DNA of 63,059 bases, counting the filler, from Choristocarpus tenellus KU-1152 (taxonomy: Eukaryota; Protista; Phaeophyceae), in NCBI GenBank assembly GCA_964200185.2. It is 14 parts of 14 records of this genome, joined end to end, with 100 filler letters (N's around TTAATTAATTAA, not from the genome) between each part and the next. Parts side by side here need not be neighbours in the genome. Positions count along the whole stretch, not along the records: positions 50,433 to 59,675 come from CAXNAD020003849.1; positions 59,776 to 63,059 come from CAXNAD020021047.1; 12 more parts are not named here. The stretch is one strand, 5' to 3'. The notes under the pieces were generated by a model. The model made no database searches. It was not told where the DNA came from and saw only the letters and a list, made by a program, of their open reading frames with translations. The translations under genes and the position numbers were made by a program. Of the stretch, positions 52,677 through 63,059 are shown piece by piece. Positions within the stretch are counted from its first letter, which is position 1; every line of letters starts with the position of its first letter.

Positions 52677-54989
52677 ACCCCGATGGATGGTTGAGAATCA
52701 TTCTCACATGTTGGATTACCTTACAATACTATATCCCTAATATTTTCCACATATGGCAGGGGAAAAGCCAAACCAATATCCCAAGCACCCCTGTAAAAAT
52801 AACAGTTTTCACAAATGTAAAAGGTATCTCTCTAAAATCTATTTCACTATTTGAATACAATTATAATGTTATGAGTACATTCCTGCTATGCCTCCAACCT
52901 GCCTTAGCCCCACACAAGTGGGGGAGGAGCTAGGGAAAACATCCCAAGAATCTGACAGGCCCTTCTTGCCCATCAGACTGGTGTATCAAGCTTGAAACGC
53001 ATGCAATATCTCGAGAGAGCCACTTGTGTAGTGATTAACATTTTTTTATCATAAGCGGAATTGATAGTCCTTTCCTGTTATAACCTCCCGCCCCTCTCCC
53101 CCCCAGTGTATATGTAGCCAACTAATCCAGAAATTACCTCGTGAGTTCATGGTAAGTTACCGTAAATATAATGTCAACATCGGTAGAATGGGCGACAAGA
53201 CGGGCAATTCTCTTAGGATAATGAGCTGGCGGTGGTGTCTACTTTTCATTCGATTAGTGTGGACCAGAGCCGTTCCCAGGCATTATAGACCCCCCTGATA
53301 CCTAATTGTTGAAGTGTGAAAAATATTAAAGGAGTAACATTTACATCTAGTAGTCATTTCCTGTAGGAAGAAGAGCATAATGAGGTGACCTAAAGCTCCT
53401 CTAGTGTTGGGAGGCTGGCCTGGACTTGAATTCGACACCAGAACTAGTCCAGTCTCCACCTTCCCTACAGTTCCCCTTCAGAATGCAGAAAGAGGTTCAG
53501 ACCTCCACAACAAAAGATCAAACCCCTCGTAGAGTTTTTGTGCACCATACATGGCATATATCGGTTGTATAGCATCGCAATCTTCTCACATTCCTCACAA
53601 AAAAGCGGACCACCCTTCGACAATTAAGGGTGTTGCTACCCAACAACCACACATCAGGCCCCATTGCTTGTTGCCAATCACTCGTCATATGTCCTTTGAT
53701 GTACTATGAGCAACCCTGTGTAGGTGCTGGGTATTGGGCCCTGAGTCCTGTGAGACCTGTACCTATCCTATTGGGTTATTATTGATATCTTCACGTTAGT
53801 CTGGGGATTATCCCAACCCATCATCAGAGGCATCGCACACTGCACTACTTCTCATATTAACTACTTAGTAACTGTTACACTACAGGTAGTTGTGTACTAC
53901 CTCATTTCCAGCCTTCCTTCTCGACTGTTGGGTTCAACACACCCGCACCTCAAGTGTTTTGCAATATAGCCACAGGGGGGATAACACAAGTCTACAGCAA
54001 CATGGAACTACGAGATGGAAACAGGATTTCCTTTGACATAAGTTTTATGTGAAAGGAATTTAAACCCACATAATTAATATATGGAACCACTGAACCACAA
54101 GGACGCCCATATACTGGATGCTAACCAATCACTACGTCTCAACTCCAACCACCACTCATCACGAATACTGTCGATTTCTAAAAACTGGCAGAGTGGAAAT
54201 AGTAAGAAATATTTTCCACTGATACTTCCGATTTCAATCAATGCAAATCTTCGATTCAGCCTCAAAATAGTCGGGCCAACGATTTTCTATACTTTATTTC
54301 GTACCTTGACCGTGTGAAGGATGATTAGTTGGAGGAGGAAAAGCAACATATAAAATAAGATAGATACATGTATGGTCAAACCTGTCGTTGTTAGAAGCTT
54401 GGTGCGAAGAAATATTGAAATATTAATGATAATATTGTGAGAAAGAGTGCACACAAAAATATGGAACAATATTTGTCCAGAAAGAAGAAAGAAGGAACGA
54501 TATACTCGAGAGTAGGCAGATAATAAATGCGCGAGTACACCACAAACATAACTGAAACGAAGAATGCAAAAAGGAAAGTGGACGTGTGGTAAAAAATAGA
54601 GTAACCTTCAGCGAGGGAGGAGTTGATTCTCCTCACCCACACCCCAAAAAATAAAACTAACGGGTATTACAAAAAAAATAACCACAATAACTTTAAGGAG
54701 GGCCAAATATTCACTAACAGTTACACACAAAAAATACATTATTGAGTTATGTACACGCCCTCCAGTAACACGCACATATATACCACCACCAGTACTAAGA
54801 AGGAGATATCAAGCTAGACCCAATACCCCACCCCAGGTTCCGCAGGTACAGGTACTATTACTAGTGTCAGGCAATACGTTTGATTTTGTGTGTGTGGACA
54901 CTTTTGCATGGCAAACTGAGCCTTCTTCGATCTCCCTATTAGTATGCCAGACACCCATTAAGTGTCTGGCTTTATCTCCACACACCTAC

Positions 54990-55240
54990 ATTTTCTATCT
55001 GGATCTTCTGCAACTAAACCCCTTTCATCTAGAATCTTTAGACAACTCAAGACCATATTGGAAACACCACCACCTCTCCAGTCCTCTCAACTCCCCCCCA
55101 CTTCTTAGGTACAAGTTCCCCAAACACCAAGTTCTTGAGAAAGCAATCATCATCCATTCACGCCATGCACACCATGAGACTTACAAACAGCAGCCGCCGT
55201 TTGCGTATAGTCACCTTAATGTCCTTGCACCCACTTCTTA
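54990..55240 (-). mobile_element. RTE-like LINE ORF C-terminal remnant
   Basis: GCKDIKVTIRKRRLLF ... KNLVFGEL (RKRRL.F ... PK.VMFGEL pattern). Confidence 0.6.
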
Positions 55241-55299
55241 CTAATAGAAGTGCCCTTTAACAGTCCTTATGGCACTGGTGAGAGTGGTAATGAAGGCTG

Positions 55300-55560
55300 A
55301 TCCTTCAAGGGATTAATCGGGTTTTGTCCTCATTGATCCATTACTTGTTTTCACAAAATCCAGTGTTGATTGTTCGGAGTGGCAAACACTACGGATTATA
55401 CACCTACCTGCGCTATCCTGCTTATCACTATACCACAAAAACGCTGGAGAAAAAGTGAGGTGATAGGCTTCATCATCAAGCGATGCCGAGGAGAGTCCAG
55501 CACCAAGTTTAAGGGAGTAGGAAGGGCAACAAGCGGTGGGATGGATGAATCCAAACCAGT
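55300..55560 (-). mobile_element. Copia RNase H remnant
   Basis: LSSASLDDEAY (LST.EAEY-like) then SEQSTLDFVKTSNGSMRTKP (DNQ.A..LA.N....RTKH-like). Confidence 0.5.
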
Positions 55561-56286
55561 ACAAGCGATGCACAGGTGAATACAATGCATTTAGTCGAAC
55601 TGCATCAGTTGGATTCAGTATTTTGCATTATTAGGAGTAATGTATTATGTAGTTTCTCTAGTTCCCACACTAAAGTGAAGAGATAACCTTTATAATTTAC
55701 TCCAGAGTATAATACCAATGAAGCATGACACACCATTATAGGGGGACTGAAAATAAATTGGTGTATCTGGGGTAGGTAGCTGGGTAGATGGGTAGAATCA
55801 CTGCTGTACCCTCAATCTCACAACAGCAAGGTCCGCGATCTCTTTACTCTTCCGTAATTGGTACCCTAGAGGTATTCCGTGTCAGGTAGCTTAAAATCAT
55901 AAATAAATCACCTTCTGGGTCAACCATTATCTCAGCAATGTTTTGCAAAATGGTTGGACTAAAAGAAAAAATGGAAAAAGGGGGGGTCTGACGATAATTT
56001 CAAAAATTCACTGGTTGGGGTCTAAAAACAGCTACTATTTTACTACTTTAACGTAGTATTATACTATCCCAATATGTGACCCCGGGTTGGTATGTACATC
56101 GAAAGAGAGGGGACAGGTTCAGAAGGAAATTCAATTTATGTGCGGAGTATCTCTATACCATTACTTCACTTGGTAAGTTTCTCTACACGTTTGTTCGAGC
56201 TTTGCTTCTTTTTACAATGTACATGATTGGAGCACTTGCTTTGTGCCGACTAACTTATTGCAGATGTTTGAGGAGAAACAATAAGT

Positions 56287-56461
56287 GGGTCAAAGTATCT
56301 GGGGGGGGGGGTGACGGCTGTCCATTTGGGGCCATTTTTTTCATGTCGCGATTTTGGGGTGATTTGGTTCGATACGTTGGATGGATAATGAGAGTGCACT
56401 TTTCCTGGTTTTGGTCCAAATGGACACTCTGGTGTAGACCCTCCCCCAGATACTTTGGGTC
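56287..56461 (-). mobile_element. MITE family A, full copy, reverse orientation
   Basis: GGGTCAAAGTATCTG(n) ... CCCCCAGATACTTTGGGTC; both flanks contain AGT(G). Confidence 0.92.
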
Positions 56462-58399
56462 AGTGGGAAACAACGCTGAGCATAGATCAAACACAACAAC
56501 AACATAGAGTACAAATGAGATCTTCCTACACACCAACTATTGTTGTATATTGAAAACAAGAATCCCACCTCTATCCACACTAGGAGCCTATGTAGACGTA
56601 ATTGTATTTTATCTTGAAACAACTAAGAAACCATACGGCATACACGGCCGAAACTACTCCTAGACTGACGCTACGAAGGCAGACTAGAACACAGAGAAAC
56701 AGTCCCACGAGTCTGTCAATTCCCCCCTCGCACACTAGCCCGGTATCTTTACCTTGAAGTGCGATGTACGTTGTGATCGTCACTTGTGTTGTGACGATCA
56801 CAATGTGTCACAGATAAGCCTTCGCCGCTCCCTTCCAGCTGCAAACCCCTAGCGTCCTTACCACCCACTATCAGAATCACCAGCTCATCCAGGGTCTGCT
56901 CTGGCTCTGTGCCAATACATCCCAAACTTTCACTTGTCTACTTCCTCCTGCAATTGGTGGTTATTCTCAGAGTAGGACCCCAGCTACGCAATAAAGCCCT
57001 GAGGCTTGGGTGTAAGTTGCAAAGTAGCCTCATGAGTGCAGTAATGGTGAAATGCGTATCTGTCATGCAGAAACAACAAGCTTTTTAAGAAGCATAGAAG
57101 ATCCCTGGTAAGGTTATATGCCAGCAGAAAATAAGCAAGTCAGGCACTTACGGTGATCCTAGTCTATTTGGAATCGAAACAGACTGTAGTTTTATACACT
57201 CTGTTTGTTTGAGCGATTTTCACTTGTCACGCTATCTTACAGATACGGTTTACCCAAAGAAGTCTGAGCGGGTTGCAGGCAACCCACAGGGTATGAAAGT
57301 AACACGAATCATGCGTTGAAAGCCCAAGTGATATGAAGCTCATTGACAAGCTGGAGGTTAGGAATAGATTAATCAGACACACTGAATTATTATCCTCCTC
57401 TTAGGTGGTTCCCAAGCATAATGGGACACTCCTCTAGTCACACGATGTTACGATGAATGAGATGACACCCTTCTGACTATATATGAGTCACTGTACCGTG
57501 TATGATATAGTAGTACTGTTACAAACGCTCCACAGGCTTACCACGATGAAATATGTAGGTCCAATCCACAGGTCTGTAGGCTGATGTTTTGAGCCTTGTA
57601 GAGAGCACCATAATGGAGATATCTTATTATATACTAAATCTCTAACTTTCATCATTCACTTTATTGCTTTGTTTGGGAAATACAGAAAGGACTTGCCGTA
57701 AAGGGCATATGGGTGATTTATGGTCTCAGGATGAGTAGATGAATAAATGGTCAATAAGTGTAATACATGAAACCTAGGACTTCAAGCTCATAATGGCGTT
57801 TAGAAACCACCATTTAGGACTCATCACCTATGACAACACGTCATTACTGTTTGTTCCAATTCTTCTGTATGAATCCGTCACTCGGTGTTTTCTGGTCCTA
57901 GTATCATCACTCACAATAACACAGTTTACTGCGATACCTTCCCCTTCATATAAAGCAACAGCAACAAACACATCCAACTATTTATTACCTCCACAAATCA
58001 ATTCAAACCTTGACATGCAATCCCAACGTCTTCACAGTAGGTAGATTATTTGTCACCTCTGTCGTTTCCAGTACCAAATAAAAATATAATTTATCATCCT
58101 TCTTATTTGGTACTGATTTAATCAATAAAGGGTACTGGAGATTCTATGTGCTTGGTGCAGGTTACGGTGGCTGTGTTTACATAAGAACTTCCATATGTTC
58201 TATAATTGTCCTCAAATATCTCGATGCAATTACTTTTTCACAGTCATTCTCCAGGAAAGTTAGAATCTGCATACACACTTAAAAGGTACTCCTCTTTTTA
58301 CCAAATTCCACCAAAAGTCAAACTCCCACAGTCACCTTCAAGTGTTCCAATATATACAGTTGACCCCATATCATTGCAGAGCCTTGATACTGTCACAGT

Positions 58400-59050
58400 A
58401 CCTGTCTACTTCATGGACTGTATTGACAATATCTAGTATAGTCCTTACTGCTGACCACGTCAAATAACTCAGTGCTTCTCTGTAAAGAGTTTCACGACTA
58501 ACTCAAGGGGAATCCTCTCTTCTGTCCGGAATCGCAAAGGGGTCTCGCAGTAATACCCTTCTCTTCGCCCCCCATTAATATCAAAACACTTGCACATGCC
58601 CACGACGTACATAGTTTGACACTAATACTCCTTGCTATCCCATCACTTGAAATCTAACATCCTACTTGGAGTAGATAATACTGTAAGTCTCCAATATCCT
58701 TGATAGAAAACTATACTTCAATCGTAGATAATACTGTAAGTCTCCAATATCCTTGATAGAAAACTATACTTCAATCCCGCAGCGAACTCAAATCAAGACA
58801 AGGCAATCAATCCTCTAAGATAAGTTCACAGTCATTTTTTTAAGAGTGCTTGCTACCATTGATTCTACCCTTTACCTCTCTGTGGTGGAACAGGCGATCT
58901 TGACATTATTGTAGTTTGAAGCACCTATTACCTCCAAATATGTCACTCCTCCAAAGTTCGAGGAGTCCTCTGGGACCAATAGATCCATGTGGTTGTAGGT
59001 TATTATGTGCAAGCATCGGCAGCAGCTTGTCAAGGAGGCGGGACAATGTT
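58400..59050 (-). mobile_element. Copia pol remnant (integrase start, then RT), with a 53-bp tandem duplication
   Basis: HMDLLVPEDSSNFGGVTY (H.DL.GP...S.GG..Y-like) upstream of FSIKDIGDLQYYL (F..KDLG...Y.LG-like), in the Copia INT-before-RT order. Confidence 0.6.
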
Positions 59051-60034
59051 TCACTCTGTCCTCTACTACACCTAACCCCTGCCAATTGATGTTTCACGAA
59101 AGACGAGAAACAACCACACAAGGTGTTCCTGACAGGCACTATATGGTGGAGAATTTTGCATTGTAGGGGCCAGATCGCAAGTGTGAACGAGCAAGCCTTA
59201 TTTGGTAAGCATTACATGTGCAGGTGAGATAGGTATGAAACCACTAAGTTAACTACAGGAAAGGCTATCTACTTCATCGCAGTTGACATTGTCTCCAATC
59301 ATTGTGAACTCAAAATGTGTTCAGAATGCTGAGTCAAATCAGAGCGGAAAACTTTCTGGCAAAGAAGCCATGTTGATATTAGTATATGGGTGATATATAA
59401 CACTTGTGATAGGTGTTTTACAAAGAGTGTTCCTGTATTAAGTAGTGTGATAGTGATCTAATGCGTGGGTGAACACCACAATTTGTAAGACCCATAAATC
59501 GGAACTTTGGAGGAGGGGGCAAAATAGGTTTTAATTTGTCCTCAATGTTTGAATCGTACTTCCAAGCAACCACCAATTATTGTTCTTTCGCAGATCTATC
59601 AATAGGTCGTGTAGGCATATGAGACCGGTGTTGGACAAGCTCCGAGTCTGTAGGCACTAGAACGATGAACTAGAANNNNNNNNNNNNNNNNNNNNNNNNN
59701 NNNNNNNNNNNNNNNNNNNTTAATTAATTAANNNNNNNNNNNNNNNNNNNNNNNNNNNNNNNNNNNNNNNNNNNNGGTTGACCAAAGGTCAGATATTTCA
59801 ATCACTACAACGATAAAAAAAAGTAAGGTTGCATTTGTGTCCACATAGGGGCGAGGTGAGGGGGGGAGGGGAGGTAAACGCAGTAAATGATGCACACCTA
59901 GCACAGCTCTTTTCAGGAATGAGGGGAAAGGAGGCATGCACACAATACAACATCCACGCCAATGGAATAGCTTTGCACGTTCCAGAGAGCCAATCAATAG
60001 CAAGGGCACATTTGATGCATCACTCATACCCTAC

Positions 60035-60919
60035 CTGTGCCTCCCAGTTCCCCACCCCATGACGCTGAACTGCTGCAAGCAATACCTCCCTTGCCTCTCG
60101 GGTCCAACCTCTAACACCATCAGCCGCCAACCCCTCCAATGAACCCTTGGACACCTTAGCAGACCCTTGAGCACAGCCTACCCCAGACACTGCTCCTGTT
60201 TGTCCACCCCCTTGCCTTCTCCCCCCCTTTCCCTCTACTCCACCAGACTTCACATACTCGAGGGAGTTCTCTTGACATCCCGCTTCTCCTTCCTCCTCAG
60301 AAAGAACATCATCCCACACCCTCTGTGCCGCTTGAGCAACCGCATCTGCTGCTGCTGCCACTGCAGCAGAAACCGTTATTGGCGCTGGTGTTGCCTGGAG
60401 GCTACTTTGGCTCTTGGTATTGTTGCTGGAGATGGCCAAGGGTGCTCCAGAATCTACATTGGTTTGAACTGAGCCCTCACCATTGCAGGCATCTGAGGAG
60501 TTGGCATTTGCACTGGCCTCTGCATCCGCCTGAATCGAGAGAGGGGATGCAGAGAGGGTAGTTAGTGTGTTTGTTGGTGTGTTGGTGTGTTGGTGTGGGA
60601 GGTGGAGGAAAGTATTGTAAACTCAGAACACCAAAAAAACAAAATGCTATCGAATCTCCTCACCATAACTTCCAAAACAGTCAAAACGTGTAACCCAAAC
60701 CATAAAGTGGAATAATGCCAATTCTCTTGACCAAACCCACAGGTTGCAAGGCAGTTTGAGGAATGCAAAGAATCACTCCTACTTGGAGGTACCCCCATCC
60801 TTTGCATAATTGAAAAACCCCAACACCTTTGCTTTGGCCCTTAGCACAGCACGGGCACTGTTTCTGGCACGGGTCTTGGCCCTCCTCAGCTCAGCATCCT
60901 TTTGATTTCGGTACATGGC
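60035..60919 (-). CDS. Myb/SANT-like domain protein; partial, exons 60919-60827 and 60529-60035
   Basis: Phase-0 spliced exons ending GWTREAREVLLAAVQRHGVGNWEAQ (W..E...L..AV..HG.GNW helix pattern). Confidence 0.7.
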
Positions 60920-63059
60920 CTGTTCCAAAATATTGAGAGGCGTAGAGGTAGATATCAGCTTATGATTGGATGGGCGCAGGAGCCAGCCATCCCAGTTAAC
61001 AGTTCTCTCAACTACAGGGATATGTCACTATGACAAACTGCAGTTCCCAGACTGCATGCAGTGTGTAGCACAGTTATGTAAGATGGAGAGAGAGGAAAAA
61101 GACACGAGAACGAAGTTGACCATTAGTGGCATCATCAGTGTGGTCTTGGTATGCGAAATTTAGAGTCAGTGGCAGCGGCGTCAAAATGTCTTGATGCATA
61201 GTTCCCAAGCTCTATGCACTCCATTCTATCATACAAGTTCTGAGCATACCATTCTATCACAACTGACGATAATAATTCTCTGACGTCACTCTCTGGTCTA
61301 TTTCTATGTCTCCTTACAGATAGGTTTAACTTTTATGATGCAGCTTGTGCATCCTGACTGTGACTGACTGTGGGGCAACCTTTGAACAATCAAGTGCCAA
61401 CACAGAAGGTACAAACACTACACACGAAGAAGAACAGTCTAACCCTAACCCTAACCCTTCGAACAGACACAAAGCATTATCATTACAACATATGCAGATC
61501 TACACAGCAGTGAGAAGGCGTGTCAAATCCGGAAGACCCAAGATCAGGCACAACAAGTAAGTGCAGAGCCACAATTAGAGCCAGTGCAAGACATACATGC
61601 ATTACAAATACAAGACGTTTGCAAGAGAGGCGTGTGGAGTTGATGAAAATGGACACGTGAGATGAAGACCCGGTACCCATAACATGAAGCACACAAAGCA
61701 TAACGTGGCTGCAGATATACGCAATACAAAGGATAGCTGATACCAGTGATCAAATAGAGTCAGTTAGAGCCGGTCCTGCCTTTGGGTGTCCAGTTTCGCA
61801 TTTAGAAAAAAATCAACCCTTCCCTTACCCTGTGCCCCATCAATCTTGTCAGAAAGGATCATCGGCGGGAACACACGCAGATGGATGATGGATGATGGAT
61901 GATGTCAGATGATGTCAGATGAGAGCCAGTAATGTCAATTCGCAGACATTTTACACATAACAATCACAACGATACCCACAACCACCACCGCAGGAACACA
62001 GTATATTTTCAATTTTCAGAATTGTAGCGGGGGCTGGTGAGCAGAACGATGATGATAATAAGTCAGAACAGTAGATGGAACACTGCAAAAGACAACCATT
62101 GCATCAATGGAGTACCCTGTGCGACCAATCAAACCCACACAACAACCTTGACCCTAAAAACAACCATTTCTTGCCCTCTCTCCCTCACGCCCTTTTTTCC
62201 GCACTGCTTCAGACGCATCAGTTCACCAATACGGCAAAAGTGATGCCAGCAGTGGTAGTGGAAAAGTAAGGAGACAACAAATGTCTCATCTATTCCTGTT
62301 CCCTTCGAGGTGGAATTCACTCAGGTAATCTACAGTCCCTTATCCACCAGAAGAGCGCAATTGCTGAGACGGCACCCTCCACAGCAGTCAGCATTCTTGT
62401 AACAAATATCGATGTAAATAGAATGGGTCCCGCAACTCAATAATACATACACTTTCAGGCTTCTAACCCTAACACTTTCAAATCCTTGCCACGATAAAAA
62501 AACTTCGTAATAAGCAATTGTTGCACCCAAAGTGGTGCACAACCCAGTCCTTCCAGTCTGTTTGCAGTAAACACTGAACAGGGCTTGCCCCTAACCCTAA
62601 CCCTTGACTAGTGGGTGCACATTCCACCAAACATCACACCATGCAACTTTGCTAGAGGAGTCAACAAAACCCAACTTGCAATTAAAAAAAATAATCATAA
62701 AAAGTTTTACAACAATACAGAATATTCCACAGCAACACACACCATGTACATACACACCATGAATGCGTCATCCGCTAGTTGGATGGTTGCATGCAGGCAC
62801 AGTCATTGTTACAAGAGAACATGATGGAGACAAAACCTCTCACCCTACCTTCACGACAAGCGGACTCCTGTTGCTGAACAGGGGCGAGAACCGTTTGTGT
62901 GACATCAGAAGGCGCCAGTTTGCCTCCCCGTAACTGAAAAAATATATATATATAGACAGCAGGAAAGAGGGGGGGGGGGGGGGGGGGGGGTGTGAAGATG
63001 ATGAAATTCAAAATCCACATCGTTCCTTTAATGCAGGATAGTTCGATGGAGAAGAAAAT

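Overview
This window is not one locus. It is 14 short eukaryotic contigs joined by artificial 100-nt linkers (N44-TTAATTAATTAA-N44), so neighbourhood across a linker means nothing. The DNA looks like an intron-rich, repeat-rich stramenopile, most plausibly a brown alga or relative. That is inferred from GT-AG introns of 0.1-2.6 kb, scattered (CCCTAA)n tracts and the transposon content. Partial spliced genes reconstructed by eye: Golgi protein CASP (C-terminus), an ABCC transporter (C-terminus), a PH-domain protein, an ABCB-type transporter TM region, an intron-containing bactofilin, a KLHDC10-like kelch protein, a long Gly/Ser-rich exon, a codanin-1-like gene head-to-head with an ATG13-like gene, and a Myb/SANT-like protein. 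Mobile DNA includes decayed Copia, Gypsy, LINE/RTE and DD39D-type mariner remnants, an internally deleted LTR element with intact TSD and PBS, a TA-flanked fold-back MITE, and three MITE families that share one terminal inverted repeat (about 14 copies or ends). The most notable items are (1) a ~196-bp AT-rich piece of a bacterial-type AAA-ATPase gene inserted cleanly into a Gypsy pol, (2) the spliced bactofilin, and (3) the shared-TIR MITE set with 4-bp TSDs (Sola-like), one family of which carries telomere-type repeats at its ends. All family assignments come from motif recognition; no database search was run.
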